The notes under the pieces are model-generated. The model searched no databases and was not told the DNA's origin. It saw only the letters and a program-made list of their open reading frames with translations. Below, piece by piece: positions 1 through 11,182 of a stretch of 64,000 nt of DNA (within the stretch, counting starts at the first letter, position 1; every line of letters starts with the position of its first letter). The position numbers and the translations under genes are program-made. The stretch lies in contig NC_043004.1 of assembly GCF_006345805.1 (NCBI RefSeq), positions 19,964,001 to 20,028,000 on the forward strand. Reading direction: 5' to 3'. This DNA is from Octopus sinensis. Taxonomy: Eukaryota.

Positions 1-259
1 AAAGGAGGAATTTAAAAAATAACAAACTAATTAAAGAGAAAAATTTAAATGCCTACTAGACATATTAGGCAGAAACTTTGAGATAAATGAGAACAAAGTT
101 AAATGCACTGAAAAAGAAAGAGAAAGCTATGGACATAGGCAAAAAGAATAACGAAGAAAGAAGGTATATTTGATGATGGAAATGAATAATTGCAGAAAAA
201 ATATGAAAATAAAGGATAAATGTTTGAAAATTAAGAATACAAATGAAAGAAGCAAGTAT

Positions 260-420
260 GAAATACATACATACATACATATGTACGTTCGTACATACGT
301 ACATACATACATACGTATATATATAAATATATATACATACATACATATATATATATATATACAAACGTGCACACATGCATACATACATTCATACATACGC
401 GTGAATGTGTGTGCGTGTTT
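260..420. repeat. Compound (TACA)n/(TA)n/(CA)n microsatellite
   Basis: Directly visible; explains the Y/I/H/T/V/C-rich ORFs at 65-473. Confidence 0.95.
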
Positions 421-2134
421 GTGAAGGAAAAAGAATATACAAAAGAGTGCTTACAGCAGTTTCTCGTTTCCATGTTACAATAGTAAATCCGAGATTATTG
501 CAGCAGATGTTCATTTTATAAGATTTAACGAGATTTTAAGTTATGAAAAAAAAAAGACAAATGAAATGCTAAATCTGATATGAAATATCATGACCTCTAT
601 TTAAAAAAATAGTTCGTGGATAATGCCGTTGCCCTTTAGCTCCAGGCAAATCCTAATCGAACACACTTATGATCAAAGTAATTTTATCCCTTACCATATT
701 GTCTTTTTTATGCATCGTATATCAGCTATGTCTGTAGTTGTGGCAGGGATCAGCCACCCGTCATTAATCACTGGCTGGCGACTTCACATCAGGAGGTTTA
801 AATTTTATAAATTATTGTGGTGCATTAAACGTTTCCTAGTTTTAGGAGGGTGTTAAGACTACATTTTTATACACCGCAATAAACATTACATAGTATTACA
901 TAATACAATACATCCTTTGCTACTAAATGTGATTCAAAGAAATCTGGGTACAATTTCTAGCAGTTGGTTCGACAGTTGCACAGCCGTAATTAATGAAAGG
1001 TATTAATACCAATCAATTTAATGTGTTTTTGTATTAGCTAATAATTGGATGAAAATAAAACATTTTTACGAAAAAATTTTAACTGTAGCAACTTCCATGA
1101 TTATTGTATAAAAATATTTCAGTTTTCATAAGAGTGAGACCTGGAAAGGTGAAGAGCTCACATATGATCCTGTAGTTTTAGATTGGGTAGAAAAAAAGCA
1201 GGACTAAATGAACATCAGAGTAAATAAATATCACATGAGAATAACACAGCAAATCATACTCATAATAGAAAAGCGAGTCACTCTCTCAGTGATTGTGACA
1301 GGTAAGTCAAGGTGTGTGAACGGTATCGGATTTAACAGAACGAATGCACGTATACTGGGATATAGATTTGGGTATCCATATGCCGTGCATGATGTAAATC
1401 CTCTCTAAGTCCGATGAAAAAAAACATTTCTCACCACCATTGTAGATATGAAGGCTACACACCGTCAGGATAGATAAAAAAAAACTATAAAACTCAGAAG
1501 GCTCAGAATATGTCTGGTCTGAAATATATATTCACTTCGGTTTCTATGGTCTTCTGTATGAATCACCAGGGTGATCTGTGATCTGGAATCGTGTGCGTGT
1601 ATGCGTGTGTTGTGTGTATGAGTGAGTCAGAGTTTGAAGATAAATATCGCAGATAAGGTTTAAGTAAAGAGTTCACCAGCTTCTGTACAATTTTTTGCAC
1701 ATGTTTGATCGTCGAATCATTAAGAGAACACGAATATCTCAATATCACGCTATTTTTGCATCTGCAATAAAAGATAACGTAAGGAAACACAAGGGTAACT
1801 TCCCTTAGACAAATATATTAGTTAGGGATTTACCAAAAGAAATGAAATGGATGTTTTAAATTTAAACGAATCCATACATTCCCTAGTTTCATGAGTCTAA
1901 ACTGTAATGTGTGGCATGTAAATTTGCGAGAAGGGATAGAATATGAAGCTATAGTGACTGAAATCTTCAATTTGCTATCACTCTTTGTTGGATTTCATTT
2001 ATCTCGGTCACAGTATTGAGAAAATCCTGCATATTGTAAGTTCCTATTTGAAACAGAAATCTTTAATGGGTGGTAACCTCACCAGAAACTGGCTTATTTT
2101 GTAAGTATTCTTATGGTTGAAAGAGTGTAGTTAC

Positions 2135-2307
2135 AGATTTCAAAGTCTGACACAAGGCCAGCAATGTCAGGAGGAGGAAATAGGTCGATTACATCGACCC
2201 CAGTGCTCGACTGATACTTTTGACTCTAACAAACTCAGAACGTAAAGACGGACGAAATACCGCTAAGCATTGTGACCAACGTACTAACGATTCTACCCTT
2301 CGTCGCG
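2135..2307 (-). mobile_element. tRNA-derived SINE, family S2, internally deleted
   Basis: Shares blocks (aactcagaacgtaaagacggacgaaataccgctaagca; atcgaccccagtgctcgactg) with the copies at 8650, 18428 and 22612. The head reads GGGTAGAATCGTTAG on the minus strand. Confidence 0.8.
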
Positions 2308-2740
2308 TGAGAGATTATTAGTATAATTATTAGCAGACTTTATTTAACACCAAGTTATATGACGAAACATGAGAAATAAGTGAAGCAAAATGCGTCGAAC
2401 AGATGCGAGCCTATGTTGTAGTCTCGAATCCAAACAATCTACCACCACGCTAAGATAATTTTCATTCTCCTCTAAATATTTGTCATGTACGCGCACGATA
2501 TCTTAAACTTAAAGAATAAATGGCTTAAATTAATGTATCAATTTTCTCTCATCAATCTTGAGTTCACATCAACCTTCTAGCATTCTTGACACTTTGCGAT
2601 ATACGCCAAAAGTCTTCTAATTAATACTTTTCTTCGCTATAGTCGCATTAGTATACGTCAGAAATTATATTCAAATTTATTCAGTAAGAACACTGATCTA
2701 GCTTCGAGGTAAACCAGATATGATTTACTTTCGTTATTAG

Positions 2741-2789
2741 ATGCTGATGTCGAGGTTGATGTCTACGTTGATAAATGTACGATGAAATG
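2741..2789 (+). CDS. Candidate 49-nt internal exon of an unidentified host gene (phase-1 frame DADVEVDVYVDKCTMK(W/C))
   Basis: Acceptor tgatttactttcgttattAG at 2739-2740 and donor ATG|GTAAGT at 2790; only one frame is open. No homology confirmed and it could be chance. Confidence 0.3.
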
Positions 2790-3172
2790 GTAAGTTTACT
2801 TCTGCATTTACGTATAATTATTCAAGTGACATTTAATAAGTATACAATTATAAAAGTTATTGCATACTCATTCAGATAGAAGAGGTGTAATCCTGGGTTT
2901 TCGTGATAAGATTCCTCAAATTTTGAGAAACTTTCAATGGATTTTGTAGAATACATGGCAGTTTCTTGCAAATCCACAATAATAGTCACAATTCTTCAAC
3001 CATTCTGGGAGCAGTTTGGTTGTTGTACCGGTTACGTCAATTAAAATAAGACTTTTTACCCTTATTTCTCTGAATAGGTCGTGATATTTTTCATTTTTTA
3101 ATGTATCCTTGATATCCGCTTACAATCAGTAGTAAGATTAGTGCCCATTGAGAATGTGTGTGTATGTGTGTG

Positions 3173-3220
<48 letters not shown>

Positions 3221-3337
3221 CATGCGTGAGAATTTAAAATATTATTTTATTCATTTGTTTTTTTTTTACTTGTTTACGTCATTATATTGCGGTCATGTTG
3301 GGGCACCGTCTTCAAGAAATTTTGCTGAATAAAGCTA

Positions 3338-3577
3338 CCCCAGTATTATGTTTTTTATATTTTAAACTTAGCACTTATTCTATCGGTCGCTTTTGTCAAT
3401 CCGCTATGTAACGGTGACGTAAACACACCAACACCGGCTGTAAACCGACGGTGATGGTGGTGGTGGTGGGCTCAGTCACAGACACACACACACACATACA
3501 CACTCGCTCAAACATACACGCGCACACACACACGCTCACACACACACGCTCACACACACACACACACACACACATAC

Positions 3578-3639
<62 letters not shown>

Positions 3640-3675
3640 CATGACAGTCTGCTTTCAGTTTCTGTCCACCAAACG
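3338..3675 (-). mobile_element. SINE family S1 (internal-microsatellite SINE), partial
   Basis: 3' half (cacttattctatcggtc...gacgtaaacacaccaacaccgg), then (CA)n(TA)n at about 3478-3640, then a short piece of the 5' half (ctttcagtttctgtccaccaaa). Same layout as 6937-7336. Confidence 0.75.
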
Positions 3676-4127
3676 ATTTGACTCGTCCTCGCTTCGATTC
3701 CGACCTGCAATATTGATAAACCACAAAAAATCGAAATTCATAATCGTTTACGTCGAAGCATATATTTAAACCTATACGCTGTAATTCACTCCAGTAAGCT
3801 CGTCTCATTTGAGTAGTTTTTAATACTAGAAATAATTTATACTTTAACATTATCTTGTACTTCCTTATACCAATATTTGCTTGTTGTTGAGGGAACTGCT
3901 TCCGACACCGTTCTCAATCCATCCGTCGCTGATTCTTCTTAGATTTGTATTTTTAATGTAAGGCTTTGCGACACTTGTGTTGGAACCACAAGTAAATTTT
4001 CTATAATTCTTTACTGTTTATATTTTATATATTCATTTATTAATATATTTGTATTTATACTCCTTATATTACTGTTTCTATATTTTCTGGTATGTGTGTG
4101 TATATATATTTATATATATATATATAT

Positions 4128-4417
4128 CACGTGACCGACCAGACCATCAGATGTTGTTACACATCGCTGGTCACAATGCGTTCGCATTGTTTTAGCCTTC
4201 GAATGACGCCACCCCGCTGGCTAAGCGAGCAGGTCAACAGAAGAAAGAATGGGAGAAAGAGTGGTGAAAGAGTACAGCAGGGATCACCACCCCCTGCCGG
4301 AGCCTCATGGAGCTTTTAGGTGTTTTCGCTCAATAAACACTCACAACGACTCATCTGGAAAGCGAAACCGTGATCATACGACCGCTAGTTCGCTGCCCTA
4401 ACCACTAGGCCATTGCG
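4128..4417 (-). mobile_element. tRNA-derived SINE, family S3, full length, between (TA)n tracts
   Basis: Minus-strand head CGCAATGGCCTAGTGGTTAGGGCAGCG (A box) and GGTTTCGCTTTCC (degenerate B box). The 3' end CACGTGACCGACCAGAC is shared with 49389. Confidence 0.85.
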
Positions 4418-4437
4418 AGATATATATATCTATATCT

Positions 4438-4519
<82 letters not shown>

Positions 4520-4530
4520 TTATATATTAT

Positions 4531-4613
<83 letters not shown>

Positions 4614-4663
4614 TATATATATATAATATAATATATATATTATATAATATATATATATATATA

Positions 4664-4700
<37 letters not shown>
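4418..4700. repeat. Long (TA)n microsatellite (~280 bp)
   Basis: Directly visible. Confidence 0.97.
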
Positions 4701-4702
<2 letters not shown>

Positions 4703-5299
4703 AGTAACATCCAGATCCCATTCAGATGGACCATTCTATAACCACCCCTCTCGCTCTCTCGTTTACATGTAATCCTTACATACATGTTGCCTTGCGTGGT
4801 GCTAAAGCACTTCTGTGCAGTTATATATAACCGTAAGGGCGTACGTTGTTTGATACGTATGTGCGTGTGTGGTGCTATAAAAAAAATGCACATGCATGCA
4901 CATATGACCATGTATGGATGTATGTATTGTATATGTATGCGTTTATGCATATACAAAATAAAAAAGAATTTAAAAATAAAATAAAAAGAGCCCATAGGTT
5001 AATATAATCCATGTTCGATTTTTAACCGTTGCCCTTGTATACTGTGTCGTATTTTGTATGTATGTGTGAGTGTGTGTGCGTATGTATGTTTATGCGTGTG
5101 TGTGTGCGTGTGTGTGTGTATGTGTGTAATAGGACATATGTATGTAGAAGTGAAGAAGAATATATGAGTATATAATTTAGGATTATATGTATATTTATGA
5201 GTGTGTCTATATGATTGTGTGTACTTGCGTATACGTATATGGTTATATGTGCAAATTTGCACCTAAACGTTGTATCCATTCACAGTTAGACGATGATGA

Positions 5300-5745
5300 G
5301 TGGAACAAACATATATATATACACACCCACATATATATATATATATGTGTGTGTGCGTCTATACAAACATATATGTGTGTATATATACAACCTTCAACAA
5401 AGTAACAGTCATGTACACAACTTGGACGGACACATACCAGTACACGGACATACGTTCACATGCACATACACATGTACACACACAGACACGTCTGCCCATT
5501 CTCCTAGATACTCACATACATACGTAGCACATAAGTACAAACATACATACATATCTACGTATGGGCATAACACGTACATACGCACGTACATGTACGCACA
5601 CACATACATAGGCACATGCATACGTGCTTGTATACATACGTACGCACATACGTACGTACGTGCATACACACACTACATACATACATACATACATACATAC
5701 ATACATACATACATACATACATACACACATACTTACGTATATATA
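5300..5745. repeat. Compound (TA)/(CA)/(TACA)/(TACG) low-complexity tract
   Basis: Directly visible; accounts for the H/T/Y/I ORFs at 5187-5760. Confidence 0.9.
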
Positions 5746-6344
5746 TTTAACCTGAACTAACTAGATGTAAGGGAGGAAAAAAAGATAAGTAATAGGAAAA
5801 CAAAAGTTTTGTGATATAGAGAAAAATGTCTGATAATAGGTTTTAGAGCTTTGTTTTGGGGGTGAGGGTCGTAAATCACTTCCTAGTTTCGGCGGGGGAG
5901 GTTGAAACCTGATATTGTTGTGATGAGTGGTAAGTCAACATCTATCCATCACTACAGGTTTATAGCTTTAAGTTTATAGTGTGTATGTGCGTGCATACAT
6001 ACATACATATATACATACATACATACACACAGGCGTATGTATGTACATACATACATGCATGTATACATACATACACACATACATACGTACATATATATGA
6101 CGAACTAACTGTTACTTTCTCAGATGCAGCACAGATTTTTGTCAGTGAACAGGTCGCGGTCAAATAGCGACGAAAATATTTTGACAAATTAAACTTAAAT
6201 GTTGAAGTGAATCGAACGACTTTTGTGTGTTTCTTAAATGGCTTACAAACACCTTCCACGCTGCAATTGTTTTCGTTCCAGCACACGATCTCAGATCAAA
6301 TCACTTGTTATGGAAGTACATCTCCGTAATATATATATATATGC

Positions 6345-6416
<72 letters not shown>

Positions 6417-6767
6417 TGTGTATCCACCGTAGGTATGGATACGAAGGGGTGATGATTACATCAGATGTCTGATGTCAGTTAACTCTTTGCCATGCCCTCT
6501 TTAACTGGGAATACATTTGCTAATGTTCTGATTACATTTTAATTAACAATCCTGGCACCGCTATGTCTATTGATCTCTTAGATCAATCGAAGTTATTGTT
6601 AAAAGCTTAAATTATTTTAGACAACTGAATTTAAATTGCTTATCCATATATTCTTTTTTTGCCTGTTTTAAGACACAACATCAAATTCTCCTATATGTTC
6701 AGATGTAAAACTTAAACGTAGTACAATTTCCTGTGATGGTGGCTATGGTTTACTTAATTTATAGAAA

Positions 6768-6936
6768 GGTATTCGTGGCTGTGTGGTCAGAAGCTTGTTT
6801 CCCCACCACATGACACCGATTCAGTCCCCCTGCGTAGCATTTTCAGCAAGAGGCTTATACTATAGACTCACGCCAACCAAAATCTTGTGAGAGGATTTGG
6901 TTGACGCAAACTGAAACAATCCAACGTATATATATA
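6768..6936 (+). mobile_element. SINE S1, 5' half (tRNA-like head up to the internal TA tract)
   Basis: gtggctgtgtggtcagaagcttgtttcccc...ttcagtcccc...cttgtgagaggatttggttgacgcaaactgaaa; reverse-complement match to 7205-7336. Confidence 0.8.
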
Positions 6937-7157
6937 TTCTTTTATTTTTTCACTTGTTTCTGTCATTTAAATGCGGCCATACCGGACCACCACATTTAGT
7001 CGAACAAATCGATCCCGGGACTTATAGTTTGCAAGCCTAGTACTTATTATGTCGGTATCTTTTGCCGAAACAATAATTTACTGGGACGTTAACACACCAG
7101 CTTAGGTTGTCAAGCGTTGGTGGGGGGACAAACACACACAAATATATATATATATAT

Positions 7158-7202
<45 letters not shown>

Positions 7203-7336
7203 TCCGAAGGACTTCTTTTAGCTTTCGTCTACCAAATCCACTCACAAAGCCCTGTTCGGCCCGAGGCTAAAGTACAAGACACTTGCCCGAAGTGTCACGC
7301 AGTGAAACTGAACCCTGAAACATGTGGTTGGGAAGC
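6937..7336 (-). mobile_element. SINE S1, near full length, with internal (TA)n/(CA)n
   Basis: Head part 7205-7336, microsatellite about 7132-7200, and tail 6937-7131 (cttgtttctgtcatttaaatgcggccata...gtcgaacaaatcgatccc), which is shared with 9490 and 46125. Confidence 0.85.
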
Positions 7337-7499
7337 TATATATATATATATGTGTATGTTTGTGACTGTGTGTGTGTATGTATGTATAATTATCACTAAA
7401 TGTGCCTACGGTGCTAAGAAGCACTTTCATTGATCGAAATAAGAGATAAAGTACTCTAATGCTGTAATTAACCGATGAATGTCAATATATGCACTAACA

Positions 7500-8652
7500 G
7501 GGACCATACTCGTCCGAAAAATACCGATCGAGAATTCTTACTGACGACGTCCGTTTTGGCAATTCCTGTTGCTTCATCGGTTAACCCGCTTGATTGTTCA
7601 TTTATTTTTTAGGTTACCACATCTCAAGCGATTTCTTGAGTTCCTTGGCGGTGAGAAGATTTGGGCTCTGTTTTACAAATACATTTTCCTCCCAGCTCGT
7701 TTCTTTGACAGAACCGCAGTCCTAGGTCAAGCAGAAATCAATATGAAGAGTCTAGCATTCAAAACGTTTCAAGCACTCACAGATCTCAACCAGTCGAGCA
7801 ACTGCAGTCGGTAGGAATTCCATACTGGCGTCCTATAGAGGTTTAGTGGTGGTCTAATTTAACGATGGACTCAAAGAATTTGTGAGGTTCATGAAAATAT
7901 ACCAATTAGTCTGGAAGACTTCAAGACTATACCTATAGATAATTTTCAGATATCCCTGGCCTGGAAATGCTACTGGTTTGGGGGGCATTGCCGATTCGCA
8001 ATAAACTCTACAGGTACATAAGTGTTGTTAGCCAAGTGTATCCAAGTGTGCGTAACGATGAAATCGTTCTGTATGCACTCGTCTGATTCCTGAGCGTGGC
8101 TGAGTTACAGCGATGTGTGGAACAACTGCTGTCACGCGTAGGATGGAACCAGCTATCAGCTGAGTCTATTGTGAAGATCGGTCACATCGCCTTTCTTCAG
8201 TCAGTAGAGGTAGTGGTCTTAATCTGTCTGGTGGTTTTGGAGAAAGAGATTTAGCTGGATGAGACTGAACGGTCTGAATACAGACATTTTTATTTTGTCT
8301 TAACATTTAATATTTTCAAGTTTCAGTTAAAGAGAGAAAAGTGTGGCGAGGAAAGTGCTGCCTTCTAGCAAAGTTTTTGAAAGGTGGGTAGCCCGAGTTT
8401 ACAAGCCTGATACAAACAGGCCTCTGAGTATTGGTGGAGCAGAAGTGGAAGAGAACACCTGCATTTGCAATGAGAGCATGTTTTAGTTGGATTTCAATGA
8501 GTAACCCTGTAAAGCCTATCGCTTACAGGGACATTTCTCTATTAGCATTTTATTGCTACTAAGTTTGTTATACATTCTCTCTACACGTAAAATACCTATC
8601 TATTTTTCTGTAATCTTAATGTCCTTAGTTTGTGTGAATCCTGCTGGCTAAT
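7500..8652 (+). mobile_element. Tx1/L1-clade LINE, degenerate 3' portion (post-RT region, zinc-binding region and 3' UTR)
   Basis: Frameshifted translation DNFQISLAWKC..ALPIRNKLYR..C...VEQLLSRVGWNQLSAESIVKI..VLICLV. The 7690-7830 segment resembles 51994-52150 on the minus strand, which is contiguous with APE and RT remnants. Confidence 0.7.
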
Positions 8653-8830
8653 GCTTTGCGTTATTTCTTACTGCGCTTTACAATGTATCTTCAAATATCG
8701 CCAGGTTAAACTTTGCCTCACCTCTTTTCGGGGTTGGTATAGTCAATTACCAGTTAAATGCTGGAGTCGATGGAAACGACTAATTCCTTCTCTTCAAAAT
8801 CAATAGGGTTGTACCTAAATCAGAAAGCAT
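8650..8830 (+). mobile_element. SINE S2 lacking its first ~35 nt, joined to the Tx1 3' end
   Basis: atgctttgcgttatttc...ttcaaatatcgccagg...actttgcc...ttttcggggt...taccagtt...ctggagtcgatggaaacgact aligns with S2 at 22612 and with the reverse complements of 18428 and 2135. Confidence 0.7.
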
Positions 8831-9489
8831 TAACAATAAGAAACAATTATTTCTTCTTTTTAATGATGTTTTTAGCCTTTGTCACAGTGCAAGTTCAAAT
8901 CCTGTCGAAGTTTTCTTAGTACATAATTCATCTCTCTTTTGGAGTGGAGATGTACGATAATTAAATTTATAAGTTCATGTCTCGAAACCCAATGGTTTGT
9001 AAGTCTGTGATTTGCTACAGGCCTAATGTGGTTTTCGTTGCAGAGCATTCTATATTTCAAGAAGTATTTCGTGACTATTTAACAATCATTATTTCATGAA
9101 CACAGCAGGTATAAGGCAAGAGAAAGAGGAACAAATCTTTGATGGTTAGTTCTTGTTAGAAAAGGAAATCCTATTGATGTATGTAAATTATATATGCAAT
9201 GTAAGTTTGCTTTTGTATATATTGAATAAAATATAAGAATCTAAATCATACTTCCCTTAAAATGTATTATCTGCATTTATAAAAGAGCTTAATATTGCAG
9301 ATTATCCGTAATTCATAAAAAAGATTAATCGCTTTATTCAGTGATTTTTTCAGATGCGATATTCCTAGAAAGAATCTTTTCTTTTGGAACCAAATATACA
9401 TAAAAAAATTTATTTCTAATAAATATTTGACATTTTTTAACTGATCTCAACAGTAAAATGTGGTAATATATATATATATATATATTATG

Positions 9490-9722
9490 AGTGTGTGTGT
9501 GTGTGTGTGTTAGTGCCTTTGTCTATGTATTTGTCCCCACAGCCGGTGCTGGTGCACTTGACAGCCAGTGCTGGTGCCCCCGTAAATTAGTGAGCAAAGG
9601 AGATCGATAGAAAAAGTATCACTTTTACAAATATTACTGGGATCGATGCATTCTACTAAAACTTTGCCAAGGCGGTGCCCCAGTAGGGCCGCAGTCTAAT
9701 GACTGAAACAATTAAAAACTTA
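9490..9722 (+). mobile_element. SINE S1, 3' half
   Basis: (TG)n then tatttgtcccc...gatcgatagaaaaagta...ggcggtgccccagtagggccgcagtctaatgactgaaaca. Confidence 0.8.
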
Positions 9723-10586
9723 AAATATATTGTGCTGACGTCTGGTTTTATTGTTATGGTTTATCTGGCAGAGGAATGGTAGCAAGCAAGATCTTTGTCA
9801 AAACTGGATAAAATTGGAAACTCGGTCTTAGATTCTCACTAGGATATGGACAGTATTAAATGTTTTTCCTGCAAACAAAGGGACTGTAATCATTAAAATG
9901 GGACGACATAAAACAAAACTGGAAACCAGCTTATATATATATTTTGAAAAACCTAGTCCAGGTAGATATCTACCTAATATAACAATAAGCACAGATAGGG
10001 CAGTATGTTTAAAAAGTAAGCTTTACAAATCCAGTGTCCAATCCTTCATTGTGGCACATTAAGAAAGAAGATCCCATTGTTGCCTTGTACAAACGAAAGC
10101 CTTCTTGGTGTTGGTTACCAATGTTTTTGCAGGAAAAATATTAAGTATTAAAAACACCACGAACATCACACTAGCGAGTTTAATTTGATAGAATGTACCA
10201 TTTTCTCATTACTTGCTTTACGTGTCCTTATAGTAATAAGTAGACACTGAAACCCTTTCAAACGTGAAACGTTCAGTATGTGACAACTAGAGAGTACTGG
10301 AGAAGAAAGAGAGAGAGAGAGAGAGTGTGTGTGTGTGTCGTATACCTGCAGTAAGATGTAAGATTTTTTCTGAGTGGACTGAATCAAGGGAAATGAGGTA
10401 CCTTGCTCAAGGAATGTTACGGTGGTTATTATTTAACCAAATATTACCTTGGGGACAGATATCATACTTATATGTTACTTCACTGATCACATTTGCAGTA
10501 ATGTCATTATTAATGAATCGAGTTTCCTTGATTATTTCAGAGTTTTGCGCTAAAGTACGTTGTAGATACAGTTGATAGATACTACA

Positions 10587-10745
10587 ATGCCTACAACAAG
10601 GGAGTTGAGTGAGTGTGAGCGAGGTCAAATCGTAGCTCATCATGAAGATGGACTGTCTCAAAGGAAAATTGCTCACAAGATGAAATGTTCTCTATCTGCG
10701 GTGCAAAAGGCTCTCAAGAGAATCAGAGAATCTCGAAAGAAACGT
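10587..10745 (+). mobile_element. Tc1-like transposase N-terminal HTH fragment (3'-truncated)
   Basis: [48 protein letters not shown] matches the Tc1 paired-type HTH1 pattern. No catalytic domain follows. Confidence 0.75.
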
Positions 10746-10851
10746 AAAAGACGTCTTTCATTTTTCCTAAGCATGAAACTAATACACCTTGTTCGTTATT
10801 CCTTCACCTGTCTCTGTCTTTTGTGTTTTGTACATTTGTACAAATTTGAAG

Positions 10852-10888
10852 GATATATATATATATATATTCACACACACACACACAC

Positions 10889-10931
<43 letters not shown>

Positions 10932-11008
10932 TATGTATACATATATATGTGTATATATATACATATATATATATGTATATATCTATGTATATATATATAT
11001 GTATGTAT

Positions 11009-11086
<78 letters not shown>

Positions 11087-11092
11087 TTGTGT

Positions 11093-11141
<49 letters not shown>

Positions 11142-11143
11142 TA

Positions 11144-11177
<34 letters not shown>

Positions 11178-11182
11178 CATAC
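10852..11182. repeat. Compound (TA)n/(TG)n/(CA)n microsatellite
   Basis: Directly visible. Confidence 0.95.

Noticed and set aside
4340-4417. Genuine tRNA genes at SINE heads (also 6768, 7336, 18607, 22612)
   Set aside because: Degenerate B box or cloverleaf, and they continue into shared SINE bodies.
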